NCBI GenBank assembly: GCA_049965555.1
Contig: JBMFWF010000002.1
Location: 21,857-85,856, forward strand
DNA from: Candidatus Parvarchaeum sp.
Lineage (GTDB): Archaea; Nanobdellota; Nanobdellia; Parvarchaeales; Parvarchaeaceae
Reading direction: 5' to 3'
DNA: 64,000 nucleotides
Position 1 is the stretch's first letter, and every line of letters starts with the position of its first letter. Shown here piece after piece: positions 37,142 through 46,520 of the stretch. Position numbers and translations under genes: made by a program. The notes below the pieces were generated by a model. It was not told the DNA's origin, did not search any database, and saw only the letters and a list, made by a program, of their open reading frames with translations.

Positions 37142-37659
37142 TCCGTATAAGAAAGCCTAATTATTTCATTTCCAGGGTATAACACAGCAAACCTTTGTAT
37201 AGAAGCAACATAGCTAGAGGAATAATCTATTGGAAAGCCAGCGGTTACCGGTTTTCCGTTCAAAACTAATACCGAACCATTTAAATAATAAAATGTTATA
37301 TTAAATGAATCGCCGCTCTTTAAAAGAGAGGATAGACAAGAAACTGGCAATGTTGTTAGATTGTACAGCTTTATAGGGGATACTTCTAAATTATTATACA
37401 GTACCCCCAGTTGCTTTATTTGACTGCATGAAAAAGAATACCAATTAGACGGGTAACCTTGGGAACCAAGTAGGGAATTGGCTGCTTGAACTGCAAGGTT
37501 ATTGATATAACTGGAAGCTATCTGTGAATAATAAGAGGAATAAGAATTGTTTATGTCTGCATTTGAGTAAAGAAAAAGCAAAACAGTTGTAAATAAAAGC
37601 AGGAATATAAACAAGGCAATAAGCAAATCTATTGTGAATATCTGCCCTTTTTTATCCAT
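37132..37659 (-). CDS. type IV pilin-like protein (class III signal peptide KKGQ|IFTIDL)
   Basis: MDKKGQIFTIDLLIALFIFLLLF N-terminus. Overlaps the downstream pilin-like gene. Confidence 0.55.
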   Translation of the reverse strand: MDKKGQIFTIDLLIALFIFLLLFTTVLLFLYSNADINNSYSSYYSQIASSYINNLAVQAANSLLGSQGYPSNWYSFSCSQIKQLGVLYNNLEVSPIKLYNLTTLPVSCLSSLLKSGDSFNITFYYLNGSVLVLNGKPVTAGFPIDYSSSYVASIQRFAVLYPGNEIIRLSYTEWS

Positions 37660-37818
37660 AAGTTTATAAATCCGTCATGGTATTAATCCGTAATATGTCT
37701 TTATTGCCGGTTAATTGCAATAACGACACATAAACCTGTATCCTTGTTATCATACTTCTTGCTTTATTGTTAAATATTAAATTACAAGATATAAATAATA
37801 TATGGTGGACTGTTAATA

Positions 37819-38610
37819 ATGGAAGACATAAATGAGATTTATGACAAAATAATTGGTAAATTAAATGAAGGCCCCTCTCTTATACTTGAGATAGCAGAAA
37901 GGATAGAAAAGGATACATTGCAGACACAAACTATAGTCGATTATTTTGCAGCAAGGGGAGAGATAAAAAAGACATCAAGGAAATTCGGCTCTTCTCCAGT
38001 GTACTTTCTTGAGAAAGACAGGGAAAAGGCGCTTAACCTGCTAATGCAGACGTTAAACAACCAGGAGAAAGCTTTGGTAGCTAAAATACGCGATAAAAAG
38101 GTAGTTAATATGGAATCTCTTTCTTCGGCAGAGCGTTACATATCGCAGAACCTTACTGATTTCATGAAGAAAGTCTCTGCACAGGATAACCAGACGGGAC
38201 AGAAGGCAGATTACCTTTATGAGCAAGGCTTGAGCTTGGATGCTGTAAAATCGCTAATAAATTCAAAAGACGAAAAACCTAAACCAGCTCAACGCGAAGC
38301 GAATATCAAAAAAACAAAGGAACACAAAGAGCCTGTAAAACAGGAATTCAATGAAATTCTGATAAAAAATGGGTTTGAAGAGCCAAAGGAAATTGAAAAG
38401 GGGGTTTTCCTGTGTTTTTATGGGCAGCATAGGATAAAAGTAATCGTACAGATATTGAACAAAAAATCTATAGTAAAGAAGGATTTCATAAATGCAATGG
38501 GATACAGCACTGTTTATAAGACAATAGCGTTTATACTTACAAATGCTGAAAAAATAGCCGGAAACAAAAGTTTTGGCAACATGGTGAATGTTATAAAAAC
38601 AGAGATATGA
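37819..38610 (+). CDS. hypothetical protein with probable N-terminal winged-helix, translationally coupled to trmI
   Basis: ORF. 4-nt overlap with trmI. Confidence 0.35.
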   Translation: MEDINEIYDKIIGKLNEGPSLILEIAERIEKDTLQTQTIVDYFAARGEIKKTSRKFGSSPVYFLEKDREKALNLLMQTLNNQEKALVAKIRDKKVVNMESLSSAERYISQNLTDFMKKVSAQDNQTGQKADYLYEQGLSLDAVKSLINSKDEKPKPAQREANIKKTKEHKEPVKQEFNEILIKNGFEEPKEIEKGVFLCFYGQHRIKVIVQILNKKSIVKKDFINAMGYSTVYKTIAFILTNAEKIAGNKSFGNMVNVIKTEI

Positions 38611-39353
38611 AAAAAGACAAGATATTCCTTCTTAATGAAAATTATTCGATAGCGATAGATGGAGATAAAGAAAGCAATACACAATTCGGGATATTCAAAC
38701 CATCCAATATAAAAGGCAAAAAACCCGGCTCCAAGGTAAAAACCCATAATGGAAATACATTTTATGTAGTTGAACCCGGAGCTCCTGATTTAATAAAGAA
38801 GATAATAAGGCTGCCGCAGATAGTCACATTAAAAGACATTGGTAGCATGACCATGTATCTTGGAGTAAAAAATAATAGTAAGATATTCGATGCAGGAACA
38901 GGCTCTGGAGTTGTCGCATGCTCGCTTGCAAATCTTTCAAAAGATATAAAAGTCTTTTCCTATGAAATAAGAAAGGAATTCATTAAGGTGGCGAAGAAAA
39001 ACGCGGAGCTGTTTAAACTTAATAATATAAAGTTCAGCAACTTGGACGTAAAGAATGGAATAAAAGAAAGAAATTTCGACTGCGGAGTTCTTGATTTGCC
39101 GGATCCCTGGGATGTATTGCCGGTAATAGCAAAAAACTTTAAGGTAGGTGCAAGGATAGTTGCCTATTCCCCATCTATTATACAGGTAGAGAAAACCCTT
39201 AGATCGCTTCCTAAAAATATGAAAGCAGAAAGATTAATACAGAACAATGAAATAAACTGGAAAAATGAAATAGAAAGGGACATACTAAGACCGGAAAGCA
39301 ATGGAATACTGCATACTGCTTTTCTGCTTTTTATAAGAAAAGTTGCTCCTTAA
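38607..39353 (+). CDS. trmI: tRNA (adenine57/58-N1)-methyltransferase TrmI/Gcd14
   Basis: DAGTGSGVVACSLANL SAM motif and LDLPDPW motif. Confidence 0.85.
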   Translation: MKKDKIFLLNENYSIAIDGDKESNTQFGIFKPSNIKGKKPGSKVKTHNGNTFYVVEPGAPDLIKKIIRLPQIVTLKDIGSMTMYLGVKNNSKIFDAGTGSGVVACSLANLSKDIKVFSYEIRKEFIKVAKKNAELFKLNNIKFSNLDVKNGIKERNFDCGVLDLPDPWDVLPVIAKNFKVGARIVAYSPSIIQVEKTLRSLPKNMKAERLIQNNEINWKNEIERDILRPESNGILHTAFLLFIRKVAP

Positions 39354-39373
39354 AATTACGGTAAAATTAGAGC

Positions 39374-40003
39374 TTATCTGCTTGAAGCTGCCTGCCTTTC
39401 CGTATCTATTCTTTTTGAGATAGGGAATGCAATATCTTGATTATTCGCTGCCTGTGTAAGTATCTCATACAATGCTCTGTCTGCCTTTTTGCCTGTTGCA
39501 GATAACTGATAGGTTCCTTCTGCGATCCACCTCAAAGCTAAATCGACTCTTCTTATTGGAGCAGTATCAACCTGCTTTGCGAGCCTCTGCCCGCCTATCA
39601 AAAGAGTCATTACCTCCTCTTTTGGTGCCGAGTTCTCTATTGCCTTTACAAGAACCTGCAGAGGATTTAATCCATCCTTGCTTATCATGTCAAAAGCGCT
39701 TTCAACTAAATTAGAAGCGGTATTGAACCTGCCCGACATTAACTTACTAGTCCTTAAATGCTTTTTGCCTCTATGTCCAGGCACCATAAGATGGCTTATA
39801 AGGCGCTCAACAATGCTCATCCTTTCTCTTGCAAGCCTCTGCTGGGAAAGTCTACCGGAAGTCTTGGGCACTATAACGGGTTTTAAAGAGATTACATTTT
39901 TAAGGCCTAAATCATTTACAGTTACTCCTTCGAAACTGTACTTTCCAAAGAGTTTTATCTCGTTCTCTTTTTTGACGTTTTCCAATGATTTTTCTTCTTC
40001 CAT
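39374..40003 (-). CDS. rps7: 30S ribosomal protein S7 (S5e)
   Basis: Conserved S7 core. Last gene of the RNAP operon. Confidence 0.9.
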   Translation of the reverse strand: MEEEKSLENVKKENEIKLFGKYSFEGVTVNDLGLKNVISLKPVIVPKTSGRLSQQRLARERMSIVERLISHLMVPGHRGKKHLRTSKLMSGRFNTASNLVESAFDMISKDGLNPLQVLVKAIENSAPKEEVMTLLIGGQRLAKQVDTAPIRRVDLALRWIAEGTYQLSATGKKADRALYEILTQAANNQDIAFPISKRIDTERQAASSR

Positions 40004-40004
40004 T

Positions 40005-40442
40005 TTATCTTACAGGTTTCTGCTTTCTTCCTTTAACTAATTCCTTCAATGATATACCGTTGACTTTTGTTATCTTAAACTTTACTCCAGGAAGGTCTCC
40101 GCGTGCTCCTTTCTGTGCACCGCCTATTCTTTCAATTATTACATCATTGTGTTCATCTACAAATGAAACGCCTTTGCTCCAAGGGATATATGCTGTTATA
40201 ATCTTACCATTTTTAGTAAGCTGAACCTTACATGATTTTCTTTTTCCGGATGATGGCTTCTTTGGCGTTATTTCTACTTTCTCTAAGACTATCCCTCTTG
40301 CCTGAGGTGCGCCTGCTAGAGGGTCATTCTTTCTCCAGCTTCCGCTGAAGTAGGACTTGCTTTTGTTCTTGCTGAACCTTACTTTCTCCTTTCTTCTCAG
40401 CAACATTTTCCCGTTAAATAATCCGCGTGTCTTGTTTCCCAT
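40005..40442 (-). CDS. rps12: 30S ribosomal protein S12 (S23e)
   Basis: KKPSSGKRKSCKVQL...TAYIP core. Confidence 0.9.
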   Translation of the reverse strand: MGNKTRGLFNGKMLLRRKEKVRFSKNKSKSYFSGSWRKNDPLAGAPQARGIVLEKVEITPKKPSSGKRKSCKVQLTKNGKIITAYIPWSKGVSFVDEHNDVIIERIGGAQKGARGDLPGVKFKITKVNGISLKELVKGRKQKPVR

Positions 40443-40448
40443 AATTTT

Positions 40449-40859
40449 TTACTTAATATTTATACTAACTATATTAAAATACCTTTGCATTAGCATTTTA
40501 ATAAGTTTTATTTTGTTACTGCTTATCTTACCGTCAACTGAAGCTTCTACTTTCTTGGATTCATCTTCTTTCCCATTAACGGTTATGTATCCAGATATAA
40601 GTTTGTTTGGCCTTATAACGTTTTCAAAAAGCTTTACAGGGTCATCGGAATACTCTATTACAACAACTTCCTTCTTCAGCATTTCCTGCAGCATCTTTAT
40701 CTTGATTCCATTTTTCCCTATTGCTAAGCCGGCCTGGCCTTGATTTACTACAAAAATTATCTTATCTTCGAAGTTTATGCAGTCTCTAGGCATGACGCTT
40801 GTAACATCAGAGAATAGATTCATTGATAAGATAATGTCGCTGTCGAATTTTATGTTCAT
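40449..40859 (-). CDS. nusA: archaeal NusA-like KH-domain transcription factor
   Basis: KH motif LAIGKNGIKIKMLQEML. Canonical position between L30e and S12. Confidence 0.8.
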   Translation of the reverse strand: MNIKFDSDIILSMNLFSDVTSVMPRDCINFEDKIIFVVNQGQAGLAIGKNGIKIKMLQEMLKKEVVVIEYSDDPVKLFENVIRPNKLISGYITVNGKEDESKKVEASVDGKISSNKIKLIKMLMQRYFNIVSINIK

Positions 40860-40863
40860 ATCT

Positions 40864-41121
40864 TTACTTCTTAATCCCCAAAACAGTTATGCCAAATGAT
40901 TTACCGCATGCGATTGAAAGCGCGTCGCTGTCTCCATCATACTTGTATTTTTCGGTTTCAACCTCGTTTAGCTTTTCAAGGATTTTTTCGCTGGCATTGC
41001 TAGCGTATACTATAAAAGAAAGCTCTCCGTTTTTATAGGCCCTCAATGTAGAATTTAAGCCTATAAACACTTTATTGCTCTTTATCTTTTCCTGAAGTTT
41101 CTTCGCTATTTCCTTTTCCAT
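40864..41121 (-). CDS. rpl30e: 50S ribosomal protein L30e
   Basis: VFIGLNSTLRAYKNGE..FIVYASNA matches L30e. Start overlaps the rpoA'' 3' end by 50 nt. Confidence 0.8.
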   Translation of the reverse strand: MEKEIAKKLQEKIKSNKVFIGLNSTLRAYKNGELSFIVYASNASEKILEKLNEVETEKYKYDGDSDALSIACGKSFGITVLGIKK

Positions 41122-42202
41122 TTTCCTTCACCACTAATTCAACCCCTCCTGTTCCTACGGGTATTACTTGATTTGAAAGTATATTGTTTGCAACGTATTT
41201 AAATGGATCTGATTCATGATAAAGTCCTGCTTCTATAAGGTGTTTTAATGGCACCTCGAATGATGCTCTTGCCAGGACTGAATCAGCTTCTCCACTGAGA
41301 CCGTATCTTCCTATGCCTCTTACTGTACCATCAAGGCACATTGCATCAGCTATTAAGAATATGTGCCTTAGATCAACCGTTAACCCTACATTTTGAAGAG
41401 TTGAATTTACTTCCTCTACTATCAGGTTCCTTGCTGCCTCTATTCCCAATACCTTTGAAACTTCTATTATATCATTTGATATTGTGTTCCTTTGATCGAC
41501 TTCCTCCATTTTAAGCACTTCTGAAAGATTTGTGCCTATGGTTTTAATCCAGTAATTTCCATTTGAATCCTGGTTCAGTATGGCCCTTGAAACGCCAGGC
41601 AAACCTGAAAGGTTTATATCCACTATTTTATTCCTTAACCTTATCAGCTTTTTAACGCTATCTGCCGATTTGTCAACAACTGAAAGATTATCACCTTCCA
41701 ATGCTGTTGATACCTTTAAATTTGAAAGCTTTGCTGCAACATCTTTTGTTGTAAATCCATATTCCTTCAAAAGCTCTTTATCAAGTACGAATTCTATGGA
41801 TTTTTTCCTAGGAGATACTGTATAAGAAGAGGTTATGTCTCCTATCTTTATCTCAATCATTCTGTTAGCTATTTCACTTGCCTTTTGCTTGGATTTTGCA
41901 TATTCCTCTTTCAAGTAAATATCCATAAAGGGGGTAGAAATGTCTTTTTTGGAGTCGAATATCTCAACAAGTCTTGGCAAACCCGTTGTAGTATTAATCA
42001 CTGAAAGACCCGCCGCGTGCTTTGTCCTAAGCGTAAGCTGCGTACTTGCTTCACCTATGCTTTGCGCAGCTATAACCCCAACTGCCTCTCCGGGCGTAAC
42101 CAAAGACCTTGTATATATTTTTTCAAGTTCTGATAAGTCTGCATTTTCTCCGTATTTTTCCTTAAATGCTAATATGTATTTTTCAGGTATTTCTACTTTC
42201 AT
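41072..42202 (-). CDS. rpoA2: RNA polymerase subunit A'' (Rpo1C)
   Basis: Homology to the C-terminal third of the largest RNAP subunit. Confidence 0.9.
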   Translation of the reverse strand: MKVEIPEKYILAFKEKYGENADLSELEKIYTRSLVTPGEAVGVIAAQSIGEASTQLTLRTKHAAGLSVINTTTGLPRLVEIFDSKKDISTPFMDIYLKEEYAKSKQKASEIANRMIEIKIGDITSSYTVSPRKKSIEFVLDKELLKEYGFTTKDVAAKLSNLKVSTALEGDNLSVVDKSADSVKKLIRLRNKIVDINLSGLPGVSRAILNQDSNGNYWIKTIGTNLSEVLKMEEVDQRNTISNDIIEVSKVLGIEAARNLIVEEVNSTLQNVGLTVDLRHIFLIADAMCLDGTVRGIGRYGLSGEADSVLARASFEVPLKHLIEAGLYHESDPFKYVANNILSNQVIPVGTGGVELVVKENGKGNSEETSGKDKEQ

Positions 42203-44721
42203 AACTTAAGATCCCCCTTGTCGCTTGCTGACACATCAAGCCCGTCCTCTCCGTATTTAAACTGTACTATTGAACTACCTAATCTTACGGATAGATCATC
42301 TGCTACTTTAAGGTCGCTCAATGCTGATGACAGCCTTCTCTGCATGTAACCAGAGATAGGAGTACGTATAACATTGTCCATTAGCCCTTCCCTGCTACTT
42401 GCAGCGTGAAGGAAGTATTCGACAGGATTTAATCCTTTTCTGTAGTTTGAGACTATAAATCCACGCGCGATTAAGCCATTGTCTCCTTTTTTAAAGTGAG
42501 ATGTAAGTCTATCCGAGAATCCATTGCTGATCCTCACATCTCTAAGCATCTGCTGGCCAACAAGCCCAATGGTCGGTATAAGGTTAGTTATGCTTCCCTT
42601 TGCACCAGTTGTTATCATTGCTTCTACGTTGTTGTTCTTTTTGTCTATGTATGCATCTATTATGTTTCTTACCTTTATTCTTATTCTATTGGCTATGCTA
42701 AGTATCTTTGCTTCAGCTATATCATCATAATCCTTTAAAAGCTCTGCTACGCTATTTTCTCCCTCCTTAACTGCCTTTTCTATCTCAGTGTATGCTGCTT
42801 TTGGAATGTCAAAATCCCTTATGTTAACGCTCATACCCAGATTGAATATTGTCATAAGCCCAAGTTTGTTGGCCTGGTCTATGAATTTTGCTGTAACTTC
42901 AGAGCCGTACCTTACAAACAGGAACTGAAGCAAACTTCCGCTTTCCCTTCCAATTGTTGCCGCATCTATGACTCCTGAAATTAGTTTACCATTTTTAATC
43001 CTTACGATTGAATCGTCATCCTTGGTTATCTTGTATGTACTGCTTTGACTTTCGAAATTAAGGTCTTCTGGCAAAATCATGCTGAACAGTTCCCTTCCAG
43101 TGTATTTCTTTTTCTTTAAATCCATAACTATGCCTATGTTGGAAAGAAGAAACTCGGCGCTTTCTTTTTCAAATTCTGTATCTTTTGAAGTCAACAAAGC
43201 GCATCCTGAAACGTAATCCTGTGCAGCTCCGATTAATGGCAGACCATGCCTTGGAGAAACAATGTTGTTCTTTATGTTTATTATCATGTCAGCCTCTGCA
43301 AGTGCTTCTTCATTCTGCAGGACGTGTATGTTCATTTCATCTCCGTCGAAATCAGCATTATATGGAAGGGTAGAGGCTGGATTTATGCCTAAAGTTTTGT
43401 AAGGCAAAACTTTTACCCTGTGCCCCATTATTGAAAGCCTGTGTAATGAAGGCTGCCTATTGAAAAGGATTATGTCACCGTCTTTTATGTGTCTTTCTAC
43501 TATGTACCCTGGTTTAAGTTCATCTATAATGTTGTCAACTGTCATTTCGGTTATTTTTCTTTTAATATTGTCAGGGGTTATAATGTAATTCGCTCCTGGA
43601 TACGAATTAAAGTTTTTAATCGTGGCCTTTAACCTGTCAATGTTTAATTCTGTAACATATTCAGGGTATGTTACTTCCTTGGCTATTTTTATTGGAACTC
43701 CTACCTCATCAAATCTTAAAAAGGAATCTGGAGAGATAACTGACCTAGCGCTGTAATTCACACGTTTGGCAAGTGCTGACCCTCTAAACCTGCCTTCTTT
43801 TCCTTTTATCCTGTCCTCAAGGCTTTTCAGCTTCTTGTTGGATTTCTGCCTTGCAACAGGCACCTGTGCCGACCCATTTGATATGAAAGTTGTTATATGG
43901 TACTGAAGCAGATCCCAGAGTTCGTCTATTATTATTTCCGGTGCTCCTGACCTTATGTTCTCGGCGAGCCTCTGATTAGTCCTTACTATATCGGTAAGCT
44001 TATGTGTAAGATCATCTTCACTTCTCTGTCCATTCTCTAGTGTAATAGAAGGCCTTATGGTTATAGGAGGTACTGCGAGTATAGAAACCATCATCCATTC
44101 TGGCCTTGAATAATCAGGATCTAAACCAAAAAACTGCAAGTCAGAATCCTTTATCTTTTCAAGCCTGTTCAACACATCTATTGGAGTAAGTTTCTGGTCT
44201 CCGTCTATAAACGTATATGGTTTCTCAAGCTTCACTTTTCTCTGTTTAGTCTTACAGAACGGACACACTGTTACATTCTTTGCATGCTTTATTAGCGCTT
44301 TGATAAGCTTTATTTTCTTCTTTTGTCCTTCATTTATTTCTGCGGATATGATGTCTTCACTTAGCTTTTTTAGGTGCTCGTCTGATATTAGTATCCTGCC
44401 GCAAGAATTACATGTTGAATTTATAAGATTATAAACATAAGGAACAGTTTTTACATTGAATACTGGTCTGGCGAGTTCCAGGTGACCGAAGTGTCCCGGG
44501 CAGTCTCTTATTGTGTTCCCGCAGGTTTTACAAGTCAATCCCGGATCAATAACGCCCATTCTCAGATCAGAAAGTCCGCCGTCTACTGGAAAACCGTCAA
44601 TATCATAAAGTTCAGAGGAGGTTATAGCAACTGCGCTCATCTTTTGTATCATTTTAGGGGACATTATCCCAAATTCCAAGGCATCTATCTTACTAAAAAC
44701 AAAGTTCGAATCCAATTTCAT
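42199..44721 (-). CDS. rpoA1: RNA polymerase subunit A' (Rpo1N)
   Basis: Zinc motifs CKTCG...CPGHFGH, and catalytic NADFDGDEMN. Confidence 0.95.
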   Translation of the reverse strand: MKLDSNFVFSKIDALEFGIMSPKMIQKMSAVAITSSELYDIDGFPVDGGLSDLRMGVIDPGLTCKTCGNTIRDCPGHFGHLELARPVFNVKTVPYVYNLINSTCNSCGRILISDEHLKKLSEDIISAEINEGQKKKIKLIKALIKHAKNVTVCPFCKTKQRKVKLEKPYTFIDGDQKLTPIDVLNRLEKIKDSDLQFFGLDPDYSRPEWMMVSILAVPPITIRPSITLENGQRSEDDLTHKLTDIVRTNQRLAENIRSGAPEIIIDELWDLLQYHITTFISNGSAQVPVARQKSNKKLKSLEDRIKGKEGRFRGSALAKRVNYSARSVISPDSFLRFDEVGVPIKIAKEVTYPEYVTELNIDRLKATIKNFNSYPGANYIITPDNIKRKITEMTVDNIIDELKPGYIVERHIKDGDIILFNRQPSLHRLSIMGHRVKVLPYKTLGINPASTLPYNADFDGDEMNIHVLQNEEALAEADMIINIKNNIVSPRHGLPLIGAAQDYVSGCALLTSKDTEFEKESAEFLLSNIGIVMDLKKKKYTGRELFSMILPEDLNFESQSSTYKITKDDDSIVRIKNGKLISGVIDAATIGRESGSLLQFLFVRYGSEVTAKFIDQANKLGLMTIFNLGMSVNIRDFDIPKAAYTEIEKAVKEGENSVAELLKDYDDIAEAKILSIANRIRIKVRNIIDAYIDKKNNNVEAMITTGAKGSITNLIPTIGLVGQQMLRDVRISNGFSDRLTSHFKKGDNGLIARGFIVSNYRKGLNPVEYFLHAASSREGLMDNVIRTPISGYMQRRLSSALSDLKVADDLSVRLGSSIVQFKYGEDGLDVSASDKGDLKL

Positions 44722-46520
44722 ACTTTACTCCCCAAAACCATCTTTGGATATATTCCTACTGATTTTAACTCATCAAGAAGTATCTTGAACGAAACTGATA
44801 CTTCTATTAGCTTTATCTGTGCATCCTCCCCGTCTATAGGACAATATCCTGTCTTCTTTTTTACATTGTAAACTGCGACCATACCGCACTTTGAGCATAC
44901 CGGTATTGTAACTTTATCTGAATCGAACCTCTCCTTTAGTGCCAAAGCAGTTCCATATGCTACGAAGCAGTCCTTCTCCATCTCTCCTAACCTAAGTCCA
45001 CCGCGCTTTGACTTTCCTTCAGTAGGCTGCCTATTAAGCAATTGTATTGGACCCCTGGCCCTCCACTGTATTTTGTATTCGACTAAGTGCTTCAATCTTA
45101 TATAAGTCATATCTCCAACAAATATCCTTACTTTCATCTCTTCACCGGTTATACCGTTGTACATTGTCTCTACTCCATTCTCTCTAAACCCGTATTCCAT
45201 TAATTCTTTTCTTAGATCCTCTTCCGTTTCACCTGTGAATGGAGTTCCATCAATGTATCTGCCGCCAAGTGCTCCAACCTTTCCGCCTATTAATTCAAGT
45301 AAGTAAGACATCGACATCCTCGAAGGTATAGAGTAAGGAGAAAATATTAAATCAGGGATTATTCCTGAGTAAGTGAAAGGCATGTCTTCCTGATTTAGAA
45401 GCATCCCTACGACTCCTTTCTGTCCACTTCTTGGCCCAAATTTGTCTCCTATTTCAACGGGCCTATCCTCTCTTATTTTTAAAGATACATACTTATTTCC
45501 TTCTGCTGTCGACGTCACAAATACGTTGTCGACTACTCCGCTTTCCCCGGTTCTACATTCAATTGAAGACTCAACTTGCTTCTGTACACCTAATCTAAAC
45601 TTATCTATTGACGAAACGAACCTGGGAGGCGAAATCCTGCCTATAAGAACATCTCCGCCATTGACATGTGAATTTATTGCGGCAATCCCGTCTTCATCAA
45701 GGTATTTATATGAATCCTCTGATCTGTAACCTGCTACATCTTTATCTGGAACTGTTATAACATCACTTTGTCCCCCAACATACTTTATTTCCTCTACTTT
45801 GTAAGGCCTGAAAAACATCGCTCTGAAAAGCCCTCTTTCTACAGAAGACTTGTTTATTATTATTGCGTCGTCCATATTGTAACCAAGATAAGAAAGTACG
45901 GCAACGACTATATTCTGTCCTGAAAGATGGGACTTAAAGTTCTCATTCTCATACATCTCTGTCTTAACTATAGGCATCTGCTGATCAATCGCTATCATTG
46001 AGTCGTTATCGTGCCTTATAAGATAATTTGTAGTGTACAAACCTACGCCCTGCTGGACGCTTTTAACTGCAGTAACGTTTCTGTGTGCATTACTGTGATT
46101 TATAAAAGGAAGCAATGAAGCTTGGGTACCGAAAACAGAGAGAGGAGTTATCTCCAGGTGGGTATGAGCAGGAGTCAATTCCTCTTCATTTAACGCAGTA
46201 TATGCGAGCTCTTCTTCGTCTGCATCAAGGTATTCTATCTTTCCTTTATCAACTAAATCCTGCCATGTTATATGGCCCTCAGAAAGCAGTTCTACGTCTT
46301 CCTTCGTAACCATTGGCTTTCCATTTTTAACCACTATAAGCGCCCTGCGCAGCCTTCCACTGTCAGAATTTATCATTACGCTGTCAGTGTCTTTTCTGTA
46401 CCTTACATTTATCTCTTTTGGTATCTTGCTTTGCCTTCTGTCCTCTATTATTTCTTTAACAAGCTTGTCTGGATCATCAGTAACTCCTGAAAGCACACCA
46501 TTTACAAATACAAAACTCAT
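44718..46520 (-). CDS. rpoB1: RNA polymerase subunit B' (Rpo2C, C-terminal part of split B)
   Basis: Conserved B C-terminal regions and zinc motif CSKCG...CPIDG. Confidence 0.95.
   Translation of the reverse strand: MSFVFVNGVLSGVTDDPDKLVKEIIEDRRQSKIPKEINVRYRKDTDSVMINSDSGRLRRALIVVKNGKPMVTKEDVELLSEGHITWQDLVDKGKIEYLDADEEELAYTALNEEELTPAHTHLEITPLSVFGTQASLLPFINHSNAHRNVTAVKSVQQGVGLYTTNYLIRHDNDSMIAIDQQMPIVKTEMYENENFKSHLSGQNIVVAVLSYLGYNMDDAIIINKSSVERGLFRAMFFRPYKVEEIKYVGGQSDVITVPDKDVAGYRSEDSYKYLDEDGIAAINSHVNGGDVLIGRISPPRFVSSIDKFRLGVQKQVESSIECRTGESGVVDNVFVTSTAEGNKYVSLKIREDRPVEIGDKFGPRSGQKGVVGMLLNQEDMPFTYSGIIPDLIFSPYSIPSRMSMSYLLELIGGKVGALGGRYIDGTPFTGETEEDLRKELMEYGFRENGVETMYNGITGEEMKVRIFVGDMTYIRLKHLVEYKIQWRARGPIQLLNRQPTEGKSKRGGLRLGEMEKDCFVAYGTALALKERFDSDKVTIPVCSKCGMVAVYNVKKKTGYCPIDGEDAQIKLIEVSVSFKILLDELKSVGIYPKMVLGSKV

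Noticed and set aside
42496-42738. Small + ORFs within rpoA'
   Set aside because: Antisense to an RNAP subunit gene with conserved motifs.
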